From IMG/VR virus record IMGVR_UViG_3300037761_000289, positions 925 to 64,924 of that record: a stretch of 64,000 nucleotides of DNA. One strand, given 5' to 3'. Source of the DNA: a virus. Lineage: Duplodnaviria; Caudoviricetes. Shown in pieces: positions 16,398 through 24,309 of the stretch (position 1 is the first letter of the stretch; each line of letters begins with the position of its first letter). Position numbers and translations under genes: made by a program. The notes below the pieces were generated by a model. That model was not told where the DNA came from. It worked only from the letters and a program-made list of their open reading frames with translations, and did no database searches.

Positions 16398-16889
16398 TCA
16401 GTGGAATTTGATGAGGCCGCTGTCGGCGGCGAGGTCGCAGGCGCGGAGCCAGTCGGCGTACTTCTGCTGAGCCCAGTCCTCGCCCCGGTACGAGGCGGCG
16501 TGCTGCTCGAAATCGGCCTGGAGATCCTTGGCGGCGTCGGGCCCGATCGTCCCTTCGTTGTCCGCGAAGAAGATCAGTTCGTAGAACGGCCCGTCGGGAT
16601 GGGTGCCCGGGTTGAACTGGGCTTGCAGGTCGGCGCGCCAGCGGTTGTAGCCGCCGTACGAGCCCGCATCGAACTGGTGGGTCTGCGTCTCCGCGGTGGG
16701 CGCGTAGCAGCCGCCCTCGATGAACGACGAGCCGTAGATGGGCCGCGTGGCGAGCACGGGTATCCCCCGGAACGAGGCCGGGAAGCTGTCGTAGGCGAAC
16801 GCCTGGATGTGGTTCTCGTAGTCCTCGCACCAGTCGGTGTGCTTGCCGACGTGCGTCAGTCGGCTGTAGGCGGTGATGGCGAGTCCCAT
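16398..16889 (-). CDS. Hypothetical protein between the exonuclease and recT
   Basis: 163-aa ORF with a good RBS (AAGGAG); GSYGGYNRWR...FYELIFFADNEGTIG. Confidence 0.8.
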   Translation of the reverse strand: MGLAITAYSRLTHVGKHTDWCEDYENHIQAFAYDSFPASFRGIPVLATRPIYGSSFIEGGCYAPTAETQTHQFDAGSYGGYNRWRADLQAQFNPGTHPDGPFYELIFFADNEGTIGPDAAKDLQADFEQHAASYRGEDWAQQKYADWLRACDLAADSGLIKFH

Positions 16890-16902
16890 GGCGGATGGCT
16901 CC

Positions 16903-17928
16903 TTAGACGTAGCTGGTCGAGCGGCCGGGGTTGAGTCGGTCGATGGTGGTCGGGCCCACCTGATACGGCTTGCGGTCGTAGACGCTGCGGGACGCGACGA
17001 GCCGGCCGCCGCACACGGCGCGGCGGCCGTCGCCGATCAGTGCCCGTAGCCGCGCCTCGAACCGGTCGACGAGGGCGTCGGTGCGGGAGCGCAGAGCGCG
17101 GGCCCGCCGGTAGCCTTCGGCGAACTCGGCGGCGACCTCGACAGGCTCGGCGTCGCCGTCGATGTCCGGGTGCAGGCGTTTGAGTGCGGTGATGGTGGTG
17201 TGGTGGCCGTCGTCGACCGGAGGTGGTTCCCCGGCGGTGAGACGGTGCACGAACCGGCGTCCGTGTTCGCGCATGAGCAGCAGGTCGGCGCGGGCGGACG
17301 AGTCGACGGTGCCGGCGTAGCAGCGGAACCCGCCGGGTCCAACGGCGGGCATGTACCACTGGTCGACGCCGAGCACGTCGCACTGCCAGAGCACCTGGGC
17401 CCGGTAGTGCACGGGGATGTCGTCGGTGTCGGGCTCGCCCCAGCCGTCCCAGCCGTGCAGCGACGACTTGCACTCCAGCACGGCCAGCGATGGCCCGTCG
17501 GTGCGCCAGCCTTTGCAGTCGGGGCATGGCCTGACGAGCGGGTCGATGTGGTGTTCCTCGGTGCCGGATCCACCGCAGTACGGGCACGCCATGTACACCA
17601 GCCGGTCGGGGGTGGCCAGCTGCCACGGCCGGTCGGGGTGCGCGTACAGGCCGGCCGGGGCGACGACCACGTTCTCCGGCGGGTCGCATTCGGCCGTCCA
17701 CCAGTCGGCGACCGCCGGCTCCAGGTAGTGGCCGGCCACCATCTCCGGGGTGATCTCAAGCTTCCAGCCGTGGATCTTCCGCCAGTACAGCGAGAAGGCG
17801 GACTCGAACGGGGAGATGCCCATCACCACGGCGATCTCCGACGCGGACACGCCGGTGCGTCGCGCGTCGAGCCACTCCGGCGAGCGTGCGGCGACCGACC
17901 CGGCCGGGACAACCTCCACGGCGTTCAC
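16903..17928 (-). CDS. YqaJ-family (lambda exonuclease-like) recombinase with Zn-finger insertion
   Basis: EWLDARRTGVSASE, LATPDRL, VLECK and YRAQVLWQ; CPYCGGSG...CPDCKG is inserted between the catalytic D and ExK motifs. Confidence 0.92.
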   Translation of the reverse strand: MNAVEVVPAGSVAARSPEWLDARRTGVSASEIAVVMGISPFESAFSLYWRKIHGWKLEITPEMVAGHYLEPAVADWWTAECDPPENVVVAPAGLYAHPDRPWQLATPDRLVYMACPYCGGSGTEEHHIDPLVRPCPDCKGWRTDGPSLAVLECKSSLHGWDGWGEPDTDDIPVHYRAQVLWQCDVLGVDQWYMPAVGPGGFRCYAGTVDSSARADLLLMREHGRRFVHRLTAGEPPPVDDGHHTTITALKRLHPDIDGDAEPVEVAAEFAEGYRRARALRSRTDALVDRFEARLRALIGDGRRAVCGGRLVASRSVYDRKPYQVGPTTIDRLNPGRSTSYV

Positions 17929-18266
17929 GCCGCCACCAGCTCCCGGACCCCGGCGAACCCGTCGTGGTCCTGGAGGTCCAACTCGGTGACGCCGAGCCGT
18001 TTCAGCACGCTGACCCACCACGCGTCGATGAGTTGCAGCATGTCCCGTTCGTACGCGGCGCAGTCGGCGACCAGGGCCACGTACCGTTCCACGTCGGTGG
18101 TGAACTCGTCGTCGATGCGGACCTCGGTGGCGTGGTGGAGCTCGGCGGCGTACTCCTCCGTAGCGCCTACGTGGACGGGTTCGTGGTGGCCGTCGTCGAT
18201 CGCGGCGGTGAGGGTGATGACGAAGACGAGCAGCAGGGCGGCGGTGACGATCAGCGCGGCGGTCAT
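17925..18266 (-). CDS. Protein with N-terminal TM anchor
   Basis: MTAALIVTAALLLVFVITLTAAI. Confidence 0.65.
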   Translation of the reverse strand: MTAALIVTAALLLVFVITLTAAIDDGHHEPVHVGATEEYAAELHHATEVRIDDEFTTDVERYVALVADCAAYERDMLQLIDAWWVSVLKRLGVTELDLQDHDGFAGVRELVAA

Positions 18267-18598
18267 GACACGGCCTCCAGTTGGGGCCAGCAGCCCATGT
18301 CGATCGCCTCGATCAGCTCGACCACCGCGTCGGGAAGGTCCACGGTGACGGTGACGGTGACGCCCGGATAGCGAACGGTGAGCTCGTCCTGCCTGACCAG
18401 GACCGACGCGGGCTTGGCCGGGTTGAGTTCTTGAAGGCGGCGGAGGACATACACCGCCACCGGGCACGTGTTGCACGAAAACCGCTCGCCCCGGATGCCG
18501 AGGTGTTGGAGGTACACCGCGCCCTTACGCGATGAGTCGCCGAGGTCGAGCAGGATCTCGCCGAGGAATGCGGCGAGCTCGTCAGCGGTGGGGGTCAT
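18263..18598 (-). CDS. Hypothetical protein
   Basis: LGIRGERFSCNTCPVAVYV. Confidence 0.65.
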   Translation of the reverse strand: MTPTADELAAFLGEILLDLGDSSRKGAVYLQHLGIRGERFSCNTCPVAVYVLRRLQELNPAKPASVLVRQDELTVRYPGVTVTVTVDLPDAVVELIEAIDMGCWPQLEAVS

Positions 18599-18600
18599 GG

Positions 18601-18888
18601 TCAGCTCCATTCCGTCACGCCGTAGATCCACAGCAGCTGGGCGGCCTGGTCGGGGCTGGCCACCTTGGCGACGACGAGCCTGGCCGAGGCGGCGGCTTCG
18701 ATCCACATCTGGTCCCGCCAGACCACCACCCGCCGGCCGCCGGGAAGCCGGTACAGGTGCTCACAGTCCCCGTGCACCCATCCGGCGATGATGTGCTCCC
18801 AGCCGTTGGCGCGGCGCTGCCGGACGAGGCGCCGCATGACCGCCACGTCCCACGGGCGCAGCGACGCCGAGACGGCGGGGCTGGTCAT
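18601..18888 (-). CDS. Hypothetical protein
   Basis: ATGA-coupled ORF. Confidence 0.55.
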   Translation of the reverse strand: MTSPAVSASLRPWDVAVMRRLVRQRRANGWEHIIAGWVHGDCEHLYRLPGGRRVVVWRDQMWIEAAASARLVVAKVASPDQAAQLLWIYGVTEWS

Positions 18889-19103
18889 TGGACGCCCGAC
18901 CTGACCCACTCGGCGATCTGCTCGCCGGTGGGCTCGAACCAGAACCTCACGCCGTGCGGGCACACGAAGGGATCCACGACGAACGGACCGACCACCAGTG
19001 GCGGCGCGGTCGACACGGTGACCTGGATGCCCTTCTCGGCCATGCCGTCGGTGAGCACCCGCGCGCACGTGTCGTGGTCGCTGGCGGCGCTCACCAGACC
19101 CAC
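18885..19103 (-). CDS. Hypothetical protein
   Basis: FVCPHGVRFWFEPTGEQIAEW. Confidence 0.6.
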   Translation of the reverse strand: MGLVSAASDHDTCARVLTDGMAEKGIQVTVSTAPPLVVGPFVVDPFVCPHGVRFWFEPTGEQIAEWVRSGVQ

Positions 19104-19318
19104 CGCCCCACCGGCACCTCAACCCGCCGGATCCATTCGTCCTGGCCTCCGGCGCCGCTGTCGACCAGCCAGCCCCGGGCCGCGCGGTGCTGGTCCCGCC
19201 ACCGGGTCAGGTCCCGCATCTGGGACCGGTGGCTCAGCCGGCACGCCGCCGCGACGGCGAGGCCGGGTACCACGGTGGCGACGGCCAGCGTGGCCAGCAG
19301 CTCAACGGCCGGGCTCAT
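19091..19318 (-). CDS. Small membrane-anchored protein
   Basis: MSPAVELLATLAVATVVPGLAVAAAC. Confidence 0.55.
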   Translation of the reverse strand: MSPAVELLATLAVATVVPGLAVAAACRLSHRSQMRDLTRWRDQHRAARGWLVDSGAGGQDEWIRRVEVPVGRWVW

Positions 19319-19647
19319 GACGCGGCCACGGGGATCAGGGCCGCGTACGCCGGGTCGTAGTCGCGGCGCCAGTCGTACCTGTCCACAAACGCGGCGCACG
19401 CTGGTGGCAGCGGCAGCCACGGCCACTCGCCGTACGGGCCGAACATGTCCGAGCCCACCCCGAACTGCCGTCCCAGCCGGGACGTTAGGAACACCGCCAG
19501 CGGGCACCGGCACCCACGGAGCTGCGGTGTGCCGGGCGGGACGACCAGCGGCGCGAACACGGTCAGCGACTCCCGCACCTGTGGCTCGGTGCCGCCGAGC
19601 CCTTCCAGCAGAACCAGGGCCCGACCCATCACGTCGTCGTCACTCAT
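19315..19647 (-). CDS. Hypothetical protein
   Basis: LRGCRCPLAVFL...LPPACAAFVDRYD. Confidence 0.6.
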   Translation of the reverse strand: MSDDDVMGRALVLLEGLGGTEPQVRESLTVFAPLVVPPGTPQLRGCRCPLAVFLTSRLGRQFGVGSDMFGPYGEWPWLPLPPACAAFVDRYDWRRDYDPAYAALIPVAAS

Positions 19648-19867
19648 CCGGAGCCTCCGTCCGTACGCGGGTCGAGAGGACGAGCTCCCGACCGAGGGCG
19701 GCGAGCAGGGCGTCGACCAGATCCAGGCCCATCCCGTTGTGGCCGCGCACCATCCCGGACAGGTGCTTCGGGGTGATGCCGACCGCCTCGGCGACACCCT
19801 GTTGTGTCCGGCCGGACGCGGCGATCTCCGACCACACCAGGTCAGCGAGCGCTACACGGCTACTCAC
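19640..19867 (-). CDS. XRE-family HTH protein
   Basis: SGRTQQGVAEAVGITPKHLSGMVRGHNGMGLDLVDALLAALG. Confidence 0.85.
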   Translation of the reverse strand: MSSRVALADLVWSEIAASGRTQQGVAEAVGITPKHLSGMVRGHNGMGLDLVDALLAALGRELVLSTRVRTEAPDE

Positions 19868-20181
19868 CCGTAGATCACTTCCTCGTACTTGCACGTCGGG
19901 CATCGCCCGCCCTCACCGGTGGTCGACTGGTTGTGCCAGGGGTCCTCGCAGTCCCACATGGCGGCGCTGTCCGGCATCGGTCCGCGCCACACGCTGGGGC
20001 AGTCCGCTTCCCGCTCACGGTGGGCCACGTGGGCATCCCTGAACGCCGTGACCAGAAAGTCGACACTGCCCGCCGGTTCGATGGTGAAGCGGACGCGCGT
20101 GTCGCAGTCCGGGCAGAGCAGGACGACGGTCGCCCGCGTCGCCGTCCGTGTGTCCAGGCTGACTTCCAGAACGTGGCTCAT
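19864..20181 (-). CDS. Zn-binding hypothetical protein
   Basis: CPDC...CPTC. Confidence 0.6.
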   Translation of the reverse strand: MSHVLEVSLDTRTATRATVVLLCPDCDTRVRFTIEPAGSVDFLVTAFRDAHVAHREREADCPSVWRGPMPDSAAMWDCEDPWHNQSTTGEGGRCPTCKYEEVIYG

Positions 20182-20582
20182 CCGGCACCTCCGACGGTGA
20201 ACCGTGGCGCGGCCGGGTCGGGCACCGCGTACCGCTCCACCGCCTCCTTCAGCTGCCCGACCGGCACCCGACCGGGCTTGTAGTCCTTGGCGTACCCGCG
20301 CGGCACAACAGCGACCGAGCCGTCCGCGTCGAAAACGAGGAAGTCGTACCAGCCATGCTCAAAACGATCACCGCCCGCCTGATCGTCGCCGGGGTAGTCG
20401 TAGGTCCGTTTGTCGCCGGACGCCGTGACGGCCAGCCGGGGCAGCACCCGGACCACGTAGTCGGCGCCCCTGCGGTGCACGGCAGGGCACCAGCGAGCGC
20501 CGAGCCAGCAGGACTCAACTTGGAACGCGGCCTCGATGTCGGCGAACTGGATCTCGCGGGGGGTCGTCTTCCTCGGACTCAT
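20178..20582 (-). CDS. Hypothetical protein
   Basis: ATGA-coupled 134-aa ORF. Confidence 0.65.
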   Translation of the reverse strand: MSPRKTTPREIQFADIEAAFQVESCWLGARWCPAVHRRGADYVVRVLPRLAVTASGDKRTYDYPGDDQAGGDRFEHGWYDFLVFDADGSVAVVPRGYAKDYKPGRVPVGQLKEAVERYAVPDPAAPRFTVGGAG

Positions 20583-20935
20583 GCGGCACCTCCGGCCGGC
20601 TGCTCGGTGGCGGCCAACGTCCCGTCGGGCCGCACGGTCAGCAGCTCACGCTGGATGGCCAGCTCGACCACCGCCGGGTCGATCCGCTCGTCGGAGTCAT
20701 GGACCATCCACACCTCGGCGGCCGGGTCGTCGTCGAGGGTGATGACCTCACCGGACCGGACCCGCAGGACCAGCCAGTCCACGTAGTCGGCGGGCCGGAA
20801 CTCGACGCCGGTCGGTGCCCAGCCGACGACCGTGGTGGGCAGCGGGGCGCCCGTCTCCGGGTCGTCGCGGTCGGGCGGCTCGGGTGCGCGGTGGCGCCCC
20901 ACGTAGGTTCCGGTGACCGGGTCGGATATCGTCAT
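20579..20935 (-). CDS. Hypothetical protein
   Basis: ATGA-coupled ORF with an RBS. Confidence 0.65.
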   Translation of the reverse strand: MTISDPVTGTYVGRHRAPEPPDRDDPETGAPLPTTVVGWAPTGVEFRPADYVDWLVLRVRSGEVITLDDDPAAEVWMVHDSDERIDPAVVELAIQRELLTVRPDGTLAATEQPAGGAA

Positions 20936-20965
20936 GTCGGGTCGTTCCTCTCTCCGTGGGGCGGG

Positions 20966-21280
20966 TCAGGGCAGGGACGGTCCACCGTGGACGGCGGTGG
21001 ACCGTTCGCCTTTGATGCGGCGGCGGTGCTGGTACTCAGCCTGGTAGGTCGCGTTCGCGCGGCGGCACGGTGTGCAGCGGCACTGGTAGTTGACGTAGGT
21101 GGAGTACGTGCCGTGGATTCCCTGCGACGACACGTACCGGCCGCCGCCAGCCTCGACCCGCTCGCGGACCTTACGTAGCTCCGCCTGCTGGTCGCGCCGG
21201 TACTTCGCCATCGCCGCCCTGCACACGCCGCACCGGCAGCCACCGATGTACCGGCTGATTCCGTGCCCGCCCGTGCTCAC
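20966..21280 (-). CDS. Protein with two HG...Y...CRCxxC zinc motifs
   Basis: HGISRYIGGCRCGVC and HGTYSTYVNYQCRCTPC. Confidence 0.7.
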   Translation of the reverse strand: MSTGGHGISRYIGGCRCGVCRAAMAKYRRDQQAELRKVRERVEAGGGRYVSSQGIHGTYSTYVNYQCRCTPCRRANATYQAEYQHRRRIKGERSTAVHGGPSLP

Positions 21281-21576
21281 GGCGACCACGACTCGGGGAT
21301 GTTGGCCTGCCGTGCGGCGGTGACGAGCCGCCACGCGTCGCGCCGCGCCCGAAGCTGCAGCAGCAGCACGATCGCGCGGAGCCGTTCCTCCGGCTCCAAC
21401 TCGGCCCGCAGCTCGTCGTAGATCAGCTTGATCAGGTGCTCGTGGTCCGTGCCGGGGTCGAGCATCTCGGCGGCGACGTACGTGGTGATGTTGTCGCGGC
21501 ACCGCCACAGCACGTCGCGGACCTGCTGGTCCAGGACCAGTTCGGCGGCCATTTCGGCGTCGGTGCGTTCGATCAC
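21277..21576 (-). CDS. Hypothetical protein
   Basis: 99-aa helical ORF, coupled to its neighbours. Confidence 0.65.
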   Translation of the reverse strand: MIERTDAEMAAELVLDQQVRDVLWRCRDNITTYVAAEMLDPGTDHEHLIKLIYDELRAELEPEERLRAIVLLLQLRARRDAWRLVTAARQANIPESWSP

Positions 21577-21965
21577 GTCCGTGCCCCTCTCGTGGGCTGG
21601 TCATGCCCCGACGTCCCCGGACGGGACGTCGGGGCCGCCACCCGGCCGGGCTGAAACACATGTGGGCTGCAAGCACGCCCGGCCGGAAGACTTCGCACGT
21701 CGTCGAGCACCTCACCGAGGCCGCTGAGCCGCCGCCCACCCCGGATCACCCCGTGCGCCCGCTCCCGCACGGCGGCGGTCAGGCACTCGACGGGCACCGG
21801 GCACACGGTGCGGCACACCGTCGCGGCCCGGCCGTTACCGGGCGTCGGCCGGTTCGGGTCGACGTCCCAGTCCTGCGGGGTGGCTGATCCGGCGCACGCC
21901 GCGCGGGCCCGCCAGCCGTCGCGGGAGATGTCGACGTCGCGGTGCGGGATGATCGCCCGGGTCAT
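21573..21965 (-). CDS. whiB: WhiB-like transcription factor (divergent)
   Basis: WRARAAC...AATVCRTVCPVPVECL...GVIRGG: four Cys and a degenerate GVWGG turn. Confidence 0.75.
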   Translation of the reverse strand: MTRAIIPHRDVDISRDGWRARAACAGSATPQDWDVDPNRPTPGNGRAATVCRTVCPVPVECLTAAVRERAHGVIRGGRRLSGLGEVLDDVRSLPAGRACSPHVFQPGRVAAPTSRPGTSGHDQPTRGART

Positions 21966-22330
21966 TTCCAGCACCAGTTCTTGCTCGGTGGGACGTACCG
22001 GGCCGGCCAGCACGCGGCCACCGCCACCTCACGCGTCGGCGCCTCGGGCAGCCCGAGCGGGCGCACGACCAGCAAGGCCCCGCGGCGCTCGATCACGCAC
22101 ATGGGTGTGTCCGGGGTCGGCCAGCCGCCGTCGATCAGCCGTACCGTGTGCTGGCCTTCCCGCTCGCCGATCACCGGCGGCCGGTAGGGCTGCGGGTCAA
22201 AGCCGCGGAAAAGATCATCACGCAGGTACCCCGGGCAGAAGAACCGGCCGCCGAAGCTGCTGGACTCGTACCTGGCCCAGAAGTTGTAGCCGTGCACCGC
22301 GCAGCTACGCAGGACCGCCGACGCCGTCAC
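21962..22330 (-). CDS. Hypothetical protein
   Basis: Coupled ORF; CAVH...FFCPG. Confidence 0.55.
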   Translation of the reverse strand: MTASAVLRSCAVHGYNFWARYESSSFGGRFFCPGYLRDDLFRGFDPQPYRPPVIGEREGQHTVRLIDGGWPTPDTPMCVIERRGALLVVRPLGLPEAPTREVAVAACWPARYVPPSKNWCWK

Positions 22331-22698
22331 AACAGCCCCCGGCGGGCGCGGTCCAGCAGCGGCGAGGTGACCGGCAGCGGCAGGCCGACCGGTTCAGTCC
22401 GGCCGACCAGCAGCCGCCGCCCGAGCCAGTACCCGGCCGCCAGCGTGTGGCGCCACACCGCGCCGTCGTCGGTCTCGTAGACCTCGACCTGTACACGCAG
22501 ATCGAGATGCGCGGCCCACGACATGATCTCGGCAGTGGTGCGCATACCCAGGTGTGTGTACGGGTGCTCGGGTGAGCTTTCAGTCAGGCGAACCCGGACC
22601 GGCTCGGGCAGGCCGTGCGCGGCGACCGCCTCGGCGACGGCGGCACGCACGGTGGCCTCGTCGGCCGGCTGGTCGGATACGATGCTCATCGACCTCAT
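22327..22698 (-). CDS. Hypothetical protein
   Basis: RBS GGAAGGA upstream. Confidence 0.6.
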   Translation of the reverse strand: MRSMSIVSDQPADEATVRAAVAEAVAAHGLPEPVRVRLTESSPEHPYTHLGMRTTAEIMSWAAHLDLRVQVEVYETDDGAVWRHTLAAGYWLGRRLLVGRTEPVGLPLPVTSPLLDRARRGLL

Positions 22699-22718
22699 TC
22701 CTTCCCGGGGGTTGTGGG

Positions 22719-22859
22719 TCAGACCGCCTGGCGACCGCATGCGCCGGGCGGTCTGCGCTTCAGGTGCTTCGGGGCGGGTTGTCCGGAGGTGCCGGTGGGC
22801 GCGGCCCGGCTGGTCATCCCGGTCCCGGTGGGCCCGGTGGCCTGGGCGAGTGTCGTCAT
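22719..22859 (-). CDS. Possible small peptide
   Basis: ATGA overlap with the upstream stop; low complexity. Confidence 0.3.
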   Translation of the reverse strand: MTTLAQATGPTGTGMTSRAAPTGTSGQPAPKHLKRRPPGACGRQAV

Positions 22860-23197
22860 GCCGCCTTCTCCCGCCGGGCGCGGGCCGCGCGGTCGGACAG
22901 GCGGATCATGTGGGCGCGCATCAGTTTCTCGGCGCGCCGGGTCCGCTCGTCCGGGTCGGTGATCTCCGCCGGGACCTGGGCGTCGAACCGGCGCAGGAAC
23001 GCGGCGCGGGCCGGCGCGGTCGCCGCCGTCGGGTCTAGTTCCTTGGCCCAGCGGGTGAGTCCACCGATGCGGCCGGCGGTGGCCCGGACCTGGCTGAGGT
23101 CTCCGGCGGGCTTCGGCCCGGCGGGGGGGCGTGGGGTGGCCGGGCCCGGCGGCCGTGGTGGCTGCGGCGGTGGGGGGCTGGGCGGGTTCGGCATCAC
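22856..23197 (-). CDS. Conserved actinobacterial mobile-element protein
   Basis: AGRIGGLTRWAKE...TAPARAAFLRRF...RAEKLMRAHMIRLS; first gene after cro. Confidence 0.75.
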   Translation of the reverse strand: MMPNPPSPPPPQPPRPPGPATPRPPAGPKPAGDLSQVRATAGRIGGLTRWAKELDPTAATAPARAAFLRRFDAQVPAEITDPDERTRRAEKLMRAHMIRLSDRAARARREKAA

Positions 23198-23454
23198 AGC
23201 GCCTGCGCGATCTGTTCAACGGGCAGGCCGAGCCGGGCCGCGAAGTGCATCGCCGTGCCGAGGCCGGGGTTCATGCGGCCGTTGCGGAACCGCCAGACGG
23301 TGGACTTGTTTACGCCGAGGAACACGGCGAGCGCGGCGGGTGTGTCGACGCCAAGCTCCGCCGCCCGCCTGTCGATGACGTCGAAGTCGAGACGCACTTC
23401 TCGGCGGGGTGTTGCGTCGGGCGTGTCGTCGGTGGCTATGTTTGTTGCGGCCAT
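23194..23454 (-). CDS. Cro-like HTH protein
   Basis: PAALAVFLGVNKSTVWRFRNGRMNPG; divergent from the repressor. Confidence 0.85.
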   Translation of the reverse strand: MAATNIATDDTPDATPRREVRLDFDVIDRRAAELGVDTPAALAVFLGVNKSTVWRFRNGRMNPGLGTAMHFAARLGLPVEQIAQAL

Positions 23455-23692
23455 GCAATAGACACTAAGCCTCCGGAACCCTATTGCGCCATAGCAACAC
23501 ATCATCCGTTCGGCTGTTTCGTGGAGTACCCGAACGGACTACCGTTGCGCATATGCAACGTCAGGAGACGGGGAGGCGCGCGGCGGGCGTGCTGGGCAGG
23601 CGTGTGTTGCGGTGGCGCAACACTACGCGCCCCCTGCCGGAGCGGCCGGACCGGCCAGCAGGCGCGGGCCCCTATGGTGTGCGAATGCGCAA
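23445..23692. promoter_or_regulatory. Repressor/Cro operator array TTGC-N6-GCAA
   Basis: Perfect copies at 23445-23458, 23484-23497, 23545-23558 and 23607-23620; one-mismatch copy at 23679-23692. Confidence 0.85.
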
Positions 23693-24095
23693 CACCAAAG
23701 CCAGCCAAGGGGGCAACTGGGCGGCCTACGCCAAGGCCGCACGAGAGGCCGCGCATCTCTCCCAGTCCGAGTTCGCGCGCCGCATCGGCGTCGATCGCGT
23801 GACCGTGTACCGCTGGGAGACTGGCCGACAGAAGCCCGAGGACGGCGACATGGTCCGCCGCTTCGCCGAGGTGGCCGGCACGCCGCTGGACGAGTCTCTG
23901 TCCGCCGCCGGGCTCCGGCCCGACGACACGCGCATCCCGAGGACACCGACCCGCGACCCGGCGCTCGACCCCGACATCCTGGTCATCCTGCGGCGGCTGG
24001 CCGACCCGGACACACCCGAGGCCGAGAAGGTCGCCATCCGGGGCACCCTGCGGTACCTCGCCGAACTGGCCAACCAGTCACGGCGGCGCAACTAG
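23685..24095 (+). CDS. Immunity repressor (cI-like XRE HTH)
   Basis: WAAYAKAAREAAHLSQSEFARRIGVDRVTVYRWETGRQKP. Confidence 0.9.
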   Translation: MRNTKASQGGNWAAYAKAAREAAHLSQSEFARRIGVDRVTVYRWETGRQKPEDGDMVRRFAEVAGTPLDESLSAAGLRPDDTRIPRTPTRDPALDPDILVILRRLADPDTPEAEKVAIRGTLRYLAELANQSRRRN

Positions 24096-24189
24096 ATCGT
24101 TCAGCGGGCACCCGCCTAGACGGTTTCCGGTGCCGGCGATCAACAGCACACCCAGCCAGCAGCGGATTTGCTACAGCGGAAAACACCGG

Positions 24190-24239
24190 CCCGCCTTACA
24201 AGCGGGGGGTCGCTGGTTCGATCCCAGCCGTGCCCACCA
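24190..24239 (+). other. attP core = 3' half of tRNA-Val(TAC)
   Basis: Anticodon arm CCCGC-CTTACAA-GCGGG, T arm GCTGG-TTCGATC-CCAGC, acceptor strand ending ACCA. No D arm or adjacent 5' acceptor strand; lies directly upstream of the integrase. Confidence 0.88.
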
Positions 24240-24309
24240 CCAGCACAAACACAGATCCTTCCGGTGCGGGACTTGTGCTACACCGGTCACCGGTCCCACG
24301 CTTACGCAC

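Noticed and set aside
24106-24239. Possible full or intron-containing tRNA-Val using GGGCAC at 24106 as the 5' acceptor strand
   Set aside because: No D arm follows, and GGCACC pairs locally with GGTGCC as a hairpin after the repressor stop. The 3'-half attP explanation is simpler.
23685-24239. Integration-dependent immunity (attP inside the repressor gene)
   Set aside because: The repressor stops at 24095, about 95 bp before the att core.
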